Shown one piece after another: positions 20,701-30,400 of a stretch of DNA of 64,000 nt; positions within the stretch are counted from its first letter, which is position 1, and each line of letters begins with the position of its first letter. A program made the position numbers and the translations under genes. The notes under the pieces are model-generated. The model saw only the letters and a program-made list of their open reading frames with translations, did not search any database and was not told where the DNA came from. The DNA is taken from positions 44,683 through 108,682 of the forward strand of contig JAGONC010000002.1 in the NCBI GenBank assembly GCA_017993235.1. Direction: 5' to 3'. This stretch comes from Lentimicrobiaceae bacterium (lineage in GTDB: Bacteria; Bacteroidota; Bacteroidia; Bacteroidales; JAGONC01).

Positions 20701-21129
20701 GGTGATCACTTTTTCGCTCAATGCCTCAGGGTACGTTACGATCATGGACTTGCGATCTTCAGTACCCAGCCGGCTCAGGACCTCAGAACGTGAAAGAAGG
20801 TTGGTGTTGTCAGTATCTTCAATCTGATAATGCCGTTTGTAGGATGTCGGGAAGAAAAGGATCTTCTTTTTCGTATAGTTGCTGTTTCTCTCCCCGAAAA
20901 GGTTTTCCAGGTCATTATAAAAATAGGCTGCCGATTCTTTATCCGGAAGGATGAATAAATGGTTAACGTTGAGAAAGTGAAACAGGGATGACGAAAAAAA
21001 AGCACGGGATGAACCCAAAAGACCCTTTATATGTAATCGGCATCCGGGGTGGTTCTCAAGAAGGATATCCCTAACCTGTTGAACACGTGCGTCCTGAGCG
21101 TAAAGAGCCTGTATTTCCTTTAAGTCCAA
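17761..21129 (-). CDS. mfd: Transcription-repair coupling factor
   Basis: The 1122-aa protein has the Walker A GDVGFGKTEVA, the DEEQ box LLIVDEEQKFG, the helicase motif LTLTATPIPRTL and the TRCF C-terminal domain. Confidence 0.95.
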   Translation of the reverse strand: MDLKEIQALYAQDARVQQVRDILLENHPGCRLHIKGLLGSSRAFFSSSLFHFLNVNHLFILPDKESAAYFYNDLENLFGERNSNYTKKKILFFPTSYKRHYQIEDTDNTNLLSRSEVLSRLGTEDRKSMIVTYPEALSEKVITRNTLRKNLFKIKKGDALSLDFIGDLLSEYEFERVDFVLEPGHFSIRGGIVDVFSFSNDNPFRLEFAGDEIASIRTFDPGTQLSLEKLNRITLLPNIQDRKQKEQRESLLAYIQSETVLWFDQIPFTLERIDQEFHKAEDAFLKSTDTPDLSLNDLFTTGKEILKDALSFPVIELGNSSLLENSLRIECHLSPQPSFNKNFNLLLDNLRMNSREQVYNIITTDSPKQLERLYAIFEDIQRDLPESEHIVFTTLNLGLQGGFVDHDLKIAIYTDHQIFDRYHRFELKEFYSGREALTIKELYNLNPGDYVTHIDHGIGRYEGLEKIENNGRIQEAIRIVYDNDDLLYVSIHSLHRISKYIGKEGSVPKLNRLGSNAWNRIKERTKQKVKDIAKDLIKLYAERKTADGYPFSPDSYLQHELEASFIYEDTPDQVKSTNDIKGDMEATHPMDRLICGDVGFGKTEVAIRAAFKAVADSKQVALLVPTTILAFQHYRTFSDRLRDFPCTVDYINRFKSPKELKKSLSELESGKTDILIGTHRLLSKDVVFKDLGLLIVDEEQKFGVSAKERLKQLKVNVDTLTLTATPIPRTLQFSLMGARDLSVINTPPPNRYPIQTEIHPFGEDIIRNAIRYELSRGGQVYFVHNRIQNIQDVAQMISKFVPGVKIAVGHGQMEGHKLERTMLDFIEGYYDILLSTTIIENGLDIPNVNTIIINDAQNYGLSDLHQLRGRVGRSNKKAFCYLLSPPLSVLTPEARKRLKAIEEFAELGSGFNIALRDLDIRGAGNLLGAEQSGFITEIGFEMYHKILDEALQELRETEFRELYKAEAAEEFIREVQLETDLGLLIPDDYVSNISERLILYKELDNVDNEEWLMKYLERMIDRFGPIPAQVDGLIHAVRLRWIARKAGFEKIILKNNCLVGQFVSNQESDYYKSDLFASVLDFVKNNPLSCRLKEKQSRLTLTIEPVRSVFEALEFLRKIASE

Positions 21130-21159
21130 CTCTCCATGATAAATAGAACCGTCTGTTTC

Positions 21160-22407
21160 CTATTCTTCAGGAAGAACAACCGGGAAATCATACATAAAAT
21201 CCATGGTTTTTGGCCGCTCAAGAATGTTTTCCAGAAAGGCGACGTAAGCATCCGAGAACTGGAACCGGTTAACGTCGTAATATTCATCCGGCAGCGAACG
21301 GTTTCCAACCCTTCCCATATCGATCGAGCCGGTGTTGAACTCTTCCAGGTGTTCATAGGGGACGATCTCTTTCATGACCGGCATCTGGCCATAATCTTCC
21401 CTGAGGATGAGATCAACCACCTTATCGGCCAGCGTCATGGTCAGGCGGCGGTCATACTCACTGCAATTCCCTGAACGGGGATAATAGCCTGTCATGACTG
21501 CCCTGGAGTCAATATGAAGCTTGTTGTAGATCTCGCTGGCGATTATTCCGCTGATTCCTCCAAAGCGGGGATGGCCATATTCATCCACCTCAGAGCTGGC
21601 GTACACCACGTCGACCTTTTCCAGTTTATCATCATACCACCTTACGCCTTCAGAAACAGCGATGATCAGGGTTTTTTTAGGAGATTTCAGGTAGGTCTCC
21701 TTCACGGTCTCCAGGAAGAACTCTTTTCTTTCCCTGGTGATCTCAAATTCGGGAATCAGGTACAGGTCGGCACCTCCAAAAACGGCAGCTCCGGTCAGCC
21801 ATCCTGCATCTCTCCCCATCACTTCCATGACCAGGATCCGGGAATGGGATTCGGCTGTGGTCCGGATGCGTGATGTATATTCGACGACAGCTTTGGAAGC
21901 GGATGGGAATCCGGGACAGAGGACAGCTTCGATTTCCGATTCGTGATAATGGTGTATTGTCCTGGTTCTCAAATCATTATCAATGGTTTTCGGAAAACCG
22001 ATGACAGGTACGCCTTCTGTTTCATACAAACGCTTGGCTGCTCCATTGGTATCGTCACCCCCAATGGTTACCAGCACGTCGATCTTATACCGGTCGAGAT
22101 TCTCCAAAACCTGCGGGACTCGGGATTCCGGGTTCTTTTTTGATGGAAAAGGATTGGTGCGGCTTGACCGAAGCGCAGAACCTCCGTACCAGCCATTGTA
22201 AGGCTGGTGCGACAGGTCAACGACATCTCCGTCACCCAGCAGACCTTTCCAGCCATGACGGATACCGAACACACGAAAACCCAGCAATGAAGCCCGGTTA
22301 CGGATGGCTTCAATGCTGGAATTGATGGCCGGGGTATCTCCCCCTCCGGATAAGATTGCGAGGGTCTTGCCACTGAATACTTTATCTAATCGTTTCATTC
22401 GTAACAA
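21160..22407 (-). CDS. pfk: 6-phosphofructokinase family, probably PPi-dependent
   Basis: LSGGGDTPAINS, IGGDDTNGAA and PKTIDNDL are present. Asp in GGDDT (rather than GGDGS) is the residue associated with PPi-dependent enzymes. Confidence 0.85.
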   Translation of the reverse strand: MLRMKRLDKVFSGKTLAILSGGGDTPAINSSIEAIRNRASLLGFRVFGIRHGWKGLLGDGDVVDLSHQPYNGWYGGSALRSSRTNPFPSKKNPESRVPQVLENLDRYKIDVLVTIGGDDTNGAAKRLYETEGVPVIGFPKTIDNDLRTRTIHHYHESEIEAVLCPGFPSASKAVVEYTSRIRTTAESHSRILVMEVMGRDAGWLTGAAVFGGADLYLIPEFEITRERKEFFLETVKETYLKSPKKTLIIAVSEGVRWYDDKLEKVDVVYASSEVDEYGHPRFGGISGIIASEIYNKLHIDSRAVMTGYYPRSGNCSEYDRRLTMTLADKVVDLILREDYGQMPVMKEIVPYEHLEEFNTGSIDMGRVGNRSLPDEYYDVNRFQFSDAYVAFLENILERPKTMDFMYDFPVVLPEE

Positions 22408-22489
22408 TCAATATTTCGTTATCTTAATGATAATCAAGAAATTTACGAAAACAGGGCCATAAAATTCCGGTGCAAAATTAGAATTTTTT

Positions 22490-23455
22490 TTACCACCCGA
22501 ATTCATTTTTTATCTTGTCGACAATCACCTTTGCCATTTTAAGGGGCGATTCAGCCGAATACCCGGCAACGTGGGGTGAAAAGATCACATTTTCATGGCG
22601 TAAAAGCTCCATAAAAAGCTCATTATCCGTACTCTCCTTCAATGCTTCGAAAGTACTGTCTTCCCATTCCAGCACATCCAGTGCTGCCCCCAGGATCTTA
22701 CCCGAATCAAGATGCCGGATCAGATCAGCCGTATTGACAACCTGTCCGCGGGACGTATTGATCAGAAAGAAATTTTTCCTGAAAGATTCGATAAACCGTT
22801 CATCCACCAAGTGCCGTGTTTCATCGGTAAGGGGTACATGCAGGCTCACCAGATCGCAACTGACCCGAAGTTCTTCCATGTCGGCCTCTCTTACGAAGGA
22901 ATCCCCGTAATGGGTCTTGTACTTATCATAGGCCAGCACTTCCATCTGAAATCCACTCAGTCGTCTTGCGAACGCGCTTCCCATATTGCCATATCCAATG
23001 ATCCCGATGGTTTTTCCCATCAGTTCCATGCCCCGGTTCCCTTCCCTGTCCCATATTCCGTTTCTGACCTGGGCATCGGCTCTCACTATATGGTTGACCA
23101 GCGACAGGATCATGCCAACGGTATGCTCAGCCAGAGCATCCCTGTTTCCCTCCGGGGCGTTAAGGCATGCAATTCCCCGTTTCTGTGCGAATGCTGTATC
23201 AATGCCCTCCATACCTGCCCCGACCCGGGCGATAAAACGCAGGGAAGTGGCATGGGAAAGCAGTTCCCGATCCAGCCGGATCTTGTTGCGTATGATGATT
23301 CCCGAATAATCAGCGATGATGCTGATAAAGTCATGATAGGTATATTCCGGAAATTGCTCACACACATAACCCATCCCGGTCAGCTCTTCCCATAAAAAGG
23401 GATGGGCTGTGTCGATAAAGAGTACCTTCTGTCCAGCAGCAGTCATTACGGTCAT
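22490..23455 (-). CDS. D-isomer-specific 2-hydroxyacid dehydrogenase (phosphoglycerate dehydrogenase-like)
   Basis: The NAD fold GIIGYGNMGSAFARRL is present, with RGQVV, LDVLEWE and SPHVAGYS (catalytic His). Confidence 0.85.
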   Translation of the reverse strand: MTVMTAAGQKVLFIDTAHPFLWEELTGMGYVCEQFPEYTYHDFISIIADYSGIIIRNKIRLDRELLSHATSLRFIARVGAGMEGIDTAFAQKRGIACLNAPEGNRDALAEHTVGMILSLVNHIVRADAQVRNGIWDREGNRGMELMGKTIGIIGYGNMGSAFARRLSGFQMEVLAYDKYKTHYGDSFVREADMEELRVSCDLVSLHVPLTDETRHLVDERFIESFRKNFFLINTSRGQVVNTADLIRHLDSGKILGAALDVLEWEDSTFEALKESTDNELFMELLRHENVIFSPHVAGYSAESPLKMAKVIVDKIKNEFGW

Positions 23456-23506
23456 TTCTTCAAAAATAATGGATTAAATTGATATTTTTGTGAAAATTTT
23501 CACAGT

Positions 23507-24367
23507 ATGAAAGGAATCATCCTTGCAGGTGGTTCGGGTACGCGGTTATTTCCCATCACCCTGGCCATAAGCAAACAACTGATGCCCATCTACGATAAGC
23601 CGATGGTCTATTATCCGCTATCGGTGCTGATGATGGCGGGTATCCGTGAGATCCTCATCATTTCGACACCGCATGACCTGCCGCATTTCAGACGGCTGCT
23701 TGGCGACGGTCATTCCCTGGGATTATCCTTCAGCTATGCAGAGCAGGCCATTCCCAACGGAATAGCCCAGGCATTTGTCATTGGAGAGGAGTTCATCGGT
23801 AATGATAAAGTAGCTTTGATCCTGGGTGACAATATCTTCTATGGCACAGGGATGCAGCAATTGTTACAGAAAAACAACGATCCTGAAGGTGGAGTTGTTT
23901 TTGCCTATCATGTGTCTGATCCTCAACGCTATGGTGTGGTTGAATTTGACGATGAGCTGAATGCCATCTCCATCGAGGAAAAGCCTGCACAACCCAAATC
24001 CAACTATGCAGTCCCGGGACTGTATTTTTATGATAATTCTGTCATTCAGGTAGCCAGGAACATGAAGCCGAGTGCCAGGGGGGAATACGAGATCACGGAT
24101 GTGAACAGGCATTACCTGGAAAAAAAGAAGCTCAGGGTGGGCATTTTAAGCAGAGGTACGGCATGGCTTGATACAGGGACCTTTGCTTCCCTGTTGCAGG
24201 CCTCCCAGTTTGTCGAGGTGATCGAAGACCGGCAGGGGCTCAAAATTGGATGCATTGAGGAAATTGCCTACCGGATGGGATTCATTTCACGGGAACAGCT
24301 GACCGCGGTGGCTCAGCCTCTGCTTAACAGCGGGTATGGAAAATACCTTCTTGATCTGATCAGGTAA
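23507..24367 (+). CDS. rfbA: Glucose-1-phosphate thymidylyltransferase
   Basis: [48 protein letters not shown].. is the canonical RfbA/RmlA sequence. Confidence 0.95.
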   Translation: MKGIILAGGSGTRLFPITLAISKQLMPIYDKPMVYYPLSVLMMAGIREILIISTPHDLPHFRRLLGDGHSLGLSFSYAEQAIPNGIAQAFVIGEEFIGNDKVALILGDNIFYGTGMQQLLQKNNDPEGGVVFAYHVSDPQRYGVVEFDDELNAISIEEKPAQPKSNYAVPGLYFYDNSVIQVARNMKPSARGEYEITDVNRHYLEKKKLRVGILSRGTAWLDTGTFASLLQASQFVEVIEDRQGLKIGCIEEIAYRMGFISREQLTAVAQPLLNSGYGKYLLDLIR

Positions 24368-24378
24368 ACTATCCGGTG

Positions 24379-25353
24379 ATGAATTCCATACAGGATTTGC
24401 AAAAAATCTTTTCCGAATCGCTCTCCAGGCAGGATCTTTCCGGATATCCGCCTGAACTGTACGGACCCATTACTTATACGTTATCCCATGGAGGGAAACG
24501 CCTTCGGCCCGTGCTTGTCCTGGCGGCATGTGATCTTTTTAACGGTAACGTTCAGAAAGCGATTTCCCCTGCCATCGGGATCGAGCTTTTCCACAACTTC
24601 ACGCTGCTGCATGACGATATTATGGACCAGGCACCGCTGAGGAGAGGTAAATCAACGGTACATGAGAAATGGAATGCAAATATTGCCATTCTTTCAGGTG
24701 ATACGCTTTTTGCACTGGCCTACCGGCATTTACTTCACTGTGATCAAGAGATTCTGCCAGCAGTCTTGGAGGTTTTTACCCGGACGGCCATTGAAGTGTG
24801 CGAAGGTCAGCAGCTGGATATGAATTTTGAGGATCAGTCCGATATCACGATCCAGGATTATCTCGGCATGATCCGGCTGAAAACTGCAGCCCTTTTTGCA
24901 GGCAGCCTGAATATCGGTTCGCTGATTGGCGGAGCAGGCCCGGAGGACGCCCGATGTTTATATGCTTGCGGATTAAACATGGGTATGGCTTTTCAGCTTC
25001 AGGATGATCTTCTGGATATTTACAACGATGAAGCCCTGTTTGGGAAAAAGACCGGTGGAGATATCGTTGCCAACAAGAAAACCTATCTTTACCTGAAAGC
25101 GCTTGAAGAGGCCGGGGAATCTGACCGTACCGATTTGCTCAACCTCTTCCGCGTCCAGATGGCCGATCCGGCTGGCAAAGTGGCCCGGATTACGGAAATA
25201 TATTCCAGGCTCAGCATCAAGGATCTAACGTTTGAGGTGATGAAGGAATATTACGCAAAGGCATTGAAAGATCTCGAAATGGTGGGGGTGAAAGATGAAA
25301 ACAAGGCCGTTCTTGAATCACTCATCCGCGGAATGATGCAACGGGAATTTTAA
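24379..25353 (+). CDS. Polyprenyl diphosphate synthase
   Basis: The FARM motif LLHDDIMD and the SARM motif QLQDDLLD are present. The ATG at 24379 is preferred over the GTG at 24376. Confidence 0.9.
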   Translation: MNSIQDLQKIFSESLSRQDLSGYPPELYGPITYTLSHGGKRLRPVLVLAACDLFNGNVQKAISPAIGIELFHNFTLLHDDIMDQAPLRRGKSTVHEKWNANIAILSGDTLFALAYRHLLHCDQEILPAVLEVFTRTAIEVCEGQQLDMNFEDQSDITIQDYLGMIRLKTAALFAGSLNIGSLIGGAGPEDARCLYACGLNMGMAFQLQDDLLDIYNDEALFGKKTGGDIVANKKTYLYLKALEEAGESDRTDLLNLFRVQMADPAGKVARITEIYSRLSIKDLTFEVMKEYYAKALKDLEMVGVKDENKAVLESLIRGMMQREF

Positions 25354-25354
25354 G

Positions 25355-27304
25355 CTATCCGTTCAGCGCTTTCCATTGCTCAAGCTCCCTGTGGAACTCA
25401 TCCCAGCGTGTGACTTCCGTATCCAGTTGTTCCTTCAGACGTGCATACCTTTCATATATGCCGGGAGCAGTCAGTTCCTGCTGGTAGGTAACCGGATCGG
25501 AAAGGTACCGGTCGATCTGGTTGATCTCCAGTTCCAGCTGATTGATTGCTGCTTCCGTCTGATGAATCCGGGTGGTCAGCCGACGAAGTTCCCTGTCGGA
25601 TTTTTTCTTTTGTTCGTATTTGAGCTTCTGATCAGAAGATGATTTCAAGGTCCGCTGGTCCGTTCCATCTGGCAACATTTCGAGATCCTTCAGGGAGGTT
25701 AGCTTACGGGTGTCAAGGTAATCATAGATATCGCCTATATATTGACGGATCCCTTTATTGCTGAACTCAAACACTTTATTTGTCAGTCCCTGGAGGAAAT
25801 CCCTGTCGTGGGATACAATGATCAGGGTCCCATCGTAGTGGATAAGTGCATTTTTGAGAATATCCTTGGAATACATATCCAGGTGGTTTGACGGCTCATC
25901 GAGAACGAGCAGATTGACAGGTCTGAGGATCAGGGAAGCAATGGCCAGGCGCGATTTCTCGCCGCCGGAAAGGACCTTTACCTTTTTATAGATCTCATCG
26001 CCACTGAAAAGGAAACTGCCGAGGATTCCACGTATCTTTGACCGTATCTCGCCTACGGCAACATCATCAATGGTTTGAAAGACCGTCTTATCCGGATCCA
26101 GCAATTCAGACTGGTTCTGGGCAAAATAGCCAATGCTCACCTGATGGCCGAAGGCAGCGGTCCCTTCATAGTCGAGATCGCCGACAATGATTCTGGATAG
26201 GGTGGTTTTACCCTCGCCATTGCGGCCGACGAATGCAATGGCATCGTTGCGCGTCACAGCAAAGTTCAGATCCCGCAGCACTTCAAGGTCACCAAAATGT
26301 TTGGACAGGTTCCTGGCCTCAAAGACTACCTTCCCGGATCTTGGCGCAGGAGGGAATGAGAAATGGATGGCTGACTGATCAATCTCCTCCACCTCTATGC
26401 GTTCCATTTTTTCCATCATTTTGATCCGCGATTGCACCTGGCGCGATTTGGTATTCTTATACCGGAACCGTTCAATGAACCGTTCGATCTGTGCAATCTG
26501 CCGCTGTTGGTTACTATAGGTCTCCATTTGCCGTTCCCTGAGCTGCTCCCTCATCACCACAAAATCCGAATACCTGGCATTGAAATCAATGATCTTTCCC
26601 AAGGAAATCTCGATGGTGCGGGAAGTCACGTTATCGAGCAGTGCCCGGTCATGTGAGACAAGGATAACAGCTCCCGGGTAGGAGATGAGAAACTCCTCCA
26701 GCCACTGAATGGACTCGATGTCGAGATGGTTCGTGGGCTCATCCAGCAACAACAGATCAGGCCGCGAGAGGAGTATCCGCGCAAGTTCCACCCGCATCTG
26801 CCAGCCACCGCTGAGCTCGGACATGGGTCTGCCGAAATCCGTGGATTTGAATCCGAGTCCCAGAAGCACCTTTTCCGTTTCAGCTTCCATGGTAAATCCA
26901 CCGATCACTTCAAATCGTTCTTTGGCTTTATTTACGTTTTCCACCAGGCGGTCATAGGTGGCTGAATGGAATTCCGTCATCTGGCTGATTGCTGTGCTGT
27001 TGCGCTCAATGCTTTCCTTCAGCTGCAACGCCTCCTCAAAGGCGCTCAGGGCCTCTTGAAAAACAGTAGCATAGCGGAAAATACTTATCTCCTGAGGAAG
27101 GTATCCGACTTTCTTATCGGCTGGGATGATCACCTGACCGGTTTCAGGTTCAAACTCCTTTTTAATGATTCGCAGCAATGTGGTTTTTCCGGCACCGTTT
27201 TTCCCGACCAGTCCGATCCGGTCCCTGGGATTGACCAGGAATGAAACATCATCAAACAGGTAATTCCCGGAAAAATGAACGGATATATTACTTACCGAAT
27301 ACAT
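25355..27304 (-). CDS. ABC-F family ATPase (two ABC domains, no transmembrane domain)
   Basis: Walker A occurs twice (GKNGAGKTT and GRNGEGKTT) and the signature occurs twice (LSGGWQMR and LSGGEKSR). A C-terminal coiled-coil tail is present. Confidence 0.9.
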   Translation of the reverse strand: MYSVSNISVHFSGNYLFDDVSFLVNPRDRIGLVGKNGAGKTTLLRIIKKEFEPETGQVIIPADKKVGYLPQEISIFRYATVFQEALSAFEEALQLKESIERNSTAISQMTEFHSATYDRLVENVNKAKERFEVIGGFTMEAETEKVLLGLGFKSTDFGRPMSELSGGWQMRVELARILLSRPDLLLLDEPTNHLDIESIQWLEEFLISYPGAVILVSHDRALLDNVTSRTIEISLGKIIDFNARYSDFVVMREQLRERQMETYSNQQRQIAQIERFIERFRYKNTKSRQVQSRIKMMEKMERIEVEEIDQSAIHFSFPPAPRSGKVVFEARNLSKHFGDLEVLRDLNFAVTRNDAIAFVGRNGEGKTTLSRIIVGDLDYEGTAAFGHQVSIGYFAQNQSELLDPDKTVFQTIDDVAVGEIRSKIRGILGSFLFSGDEIYKKVKVLSGGEKSRLAIASLILRPVNLLVLDEPSNHLDMYSKDILKNALIHYDGTLIIVSHDRDFLQGLTNKVFEFSNKGIRQYIGDIYDYLDTRKLTSLKDLEMLPDGTDQRTLKSSSDQKLKYEQKKKSDRELRRLTTRIHQTEAAINQLELEINQIDRYLSDPVTYQQELTAPGIYERYARLKEQLDTEVTRWDEFHRELEQWKALNG

Positions 27305-27309
27305 GGCTA

Positions 27310-27317
27310 CAAATATA
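27310..27317 (-). promoter_or_regulatory. Bacteroidota -7 box TATATTTG upstream of the ABC-F gene
   Basis: On the minus strand the sequence reads TATATTTG TAGCC ATG, an exact TAnnTTTG match only 5 nt from the start codon. Confidence 0.4.
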
Positions 27318-27351
27318 GTGAGGGGGCAACAATGGTTTGCCCCCTCATCAT

Positions 27352-27382
27352 AAAAAAAGAGGCCCCGATGGAGCCTCTTTTT
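27352..27382 (-). terminator. Rho-independent terminator of the giant gene (A/T runs on both sides)
   Basis: The stem AGAGGC/GCCTCT (27358-27363/27373-27378) is flanked by A7 and T5. A second hairpin, GAGGGGGCAA/TTGCCCCCTC, lies at 27320-27346. Confidence 0.7.
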
Positions 27383-27400
27383 CCGTATTCAGTGCGATGA

Positions 27401-30400
27401 TTAATGTGCAATCACCACTGATTTGGTAACCTTATCGCCATTGGTTTTGGTAAACTCAACCATATAGGTACCCGTGGCGTAGGAAGTTGTATTGAGCTGG
27501 ATCAGCTTGGAATCGACTACGTTGATGGCATCCATCACCTGACCGATATAATTTATGATCCTGATCTCTTTCACATCATTTGTGACTGTCAGGTTCACAT
27601 AATTGGTGGCCGGGTTCGGATAGATCTGAATCATACCATCGGCAATCGGGTCATCAACACCGACAATGATGGTCATCGTAATCGGTATTTCTGAGCTGAA
27701 GCAACCCAGTTCTTCTGTAATATTGATCATGGCGTTCAGCACGTCACCTGGTTCAAAGAGTCCTTCCGGAGCAATGAAGACAGGTACTTCGACGAACTGG
27801 CCTGGTCCGAGTGTACCGTTGTCGACACCCAGTGAAGCCCATGTAATCTCTGGTGTAATTGCACCAACCCATCTGAGAACACCATTACCATCATTCGATA
27901 TCGTGATGTACTCGGTGGTCACACCATATGGTGCCAGATCTACCACGATCTGACCCGGATCGGTTACAAGGATAGGCTGGTTCAGCGCGAAGTTCTTCAC
28001 CAGATCTCCGGTGATTGCCAGGTTGTAGACCACGATTGGATTGAAGCAGTTGGCACTGCAGGTAACATCGTAGGTGCCGGGTTCGACATCGACGAAGTAT
28101 TCACCTGCGGCATTCGTATAGACCGGTTCATAGGTTTCAACAGCGATCTCAGCTCCCTCGATGGGGGCACCGCCTGCCAGTTCCGTAACCGTTCCATACA
28201 GCGTGTAGGTGATGGATTCGTAAACCTTGATATTATCTACGTACCACCAGTTAATGTTATAACTATCCAGACCGTTGGCCCTGAACCGTACCTGTGTCAG
28301 TTTGCCCAGAGCGGAGGTGGAGATGTTATATTTGTAAGTAGTCCATGGAATATCCTCCGTATCGTTAAACTCGGCAACTTCAACCCATGAGGTGCCATTC
28401 CAAACTTCAATGGTCATGAAGTTTTCGTTCGCATAACCATATCCACTCAGGAAGAGGTCGAACTTCAGCGTAACGTTGGTGGTGGCTGATGTTGCATCGA
28501 TCCACGGGCTTACCAGCGCCATTGAATAGTCTTCCACTGCTGGCGACCAGGCAAAAGCGGCTGTGGGTAATGGATTACCGTCATTTTCATTGAACATCCA
28601 GTTTGCACTGATCGCAGGATCGAATGTCCAGCCCTGAGCATCGAAGGATGCCTCGTCCCATGGTTCAAAGAACGGCAGTACAGCAACGGTCAGGTCGTAC
28701 ATTCCAATGTCGAGGACCGTGGTTTCCTGATGTTTGATGACCACACCCGGGATAGTTTTGGCATTGAATCCTTCTGCAACGCATGACACGATAAACGTAC
28801 CTGCCGGTGCGTTGGCCAGGTTGTATTTACCATCATAACCTGTCACAGCAGAGAATCCACCCGGAAGACTGACCGTAGCACCGATCACCGGAGCACCCGT
28901 CTGGGCATTGAATACATAGCCCTTCAGGGTACCGCGGCCCGTTACGGTCACGGAAGCAGGACCTTCGGCCCAGGATTCACCTTCGGTATAGATTGCTGAC
29001 ACATAGTACTCATAGGTACCGGGATACAGGCCGGCATCTGTGTACGAAGTATCCGGAGTCGGGATATAGGCAACATTATTACCATTTCTCCACAGGTTGT
29101 AGCCCATCAGACCTCTGGTATCGTCATTCGGAGCGTAAGCCGGATTATCAGCTTTTACAACGGCCAAGGTGGTATTGCCCGGGCTCCTGACTTCCTGTCT
29201 TACGATAGGAACAACCGGAGCATAGTTGGCGACTTCCGTGGAGACATAGGCTTCTACGTTGAAATCACCGTCAATGCCAAAATCAGACATCAGGTTATAC
29301 CAGGCTCCCTCATAGTAGATCTTGTTACCCTTGCCATCGTAATTGGCAACATCATCCAACCCTGCGGGATATCCATCGGCAACCTGAACATACTCAACAC
29401 CGAACCAGAGTTCCTGTGTGGCATCGATCAGGTAAGGATCATCCAGGATTATGGTGTTCCAGTCATTGATAACCGGGGCCGGTACTGCCTGGCTGACAAC
29501 TTCCATTGCAGCTCCTTCACCAACCCAAACCATGACACTATAAGTAGCGATCGTGGTAGCCTCAGCCGGTACGAACCTGATCTTGGTCAGGTACATGCCG
29601 TCGTAGGGCAGAAGGTCGGCAGGTGTGAATCTTGCAGCGGCATCCCAGATTGTTGGTTCCGTAATTCCGGTCAGACCCACTCTGGCGGCATAGATACCAT
29701 CGTCCCATGCGATCCATTCGCCGGTAGGTGCACCCGGAGGACTCCAGGTCAGCAGCACGTCGTCGTTTTCCAGCAGGAAGGCCTGCAGGTTGACCGGAGG
29801 TTCGAGGTCACCACCAACATTGGCGATGAACGGAGGATCGAACGGACAGCTCTGTCCGAAGTCATATACAGCTGTGACATTGTATTCGAACAGACCACCC
29901 GGTGAGCAGTTATCAATATAAACTGTGGATGCGATGGGCACCGGTGTCAGTTTCACATTATCCTTCCATACATAGAATCCCTGCAGGATGAAGTCACCAC
30001 CTCTGCTGCCGGGTACTTCAATCTGGCCGTCGCCAAGAATGATATCACCTGCGGGCGGAGTAACTCCGGAAGGTTTCATGCTGATGACCGCTGACGGGTC
30101 GATGGTCTTGTTTGAACGCGGAACCGTAACAGGTTCAAGTACCTGCGTTCCAATGCTGATACCATACACCGTGGCACGGATCATCAGTTGATCATAGGAT
30201 AGTTCTTCCACCCATGAATCACCCGCGACTCTATTATACGATCTTCCCTGGCCGCCTGATGTTTCGTCAATACCGGTCGGCGGACAGTTCGGATAGGTTC
30301 CTATCTGCATGTGCGACAGGTAGAAATCACCGTCATTGATCGTAATTCCAAGGCTGGAAATGTCGAACACAACCCAGTTATAGTTCTCAGGAGTCACATC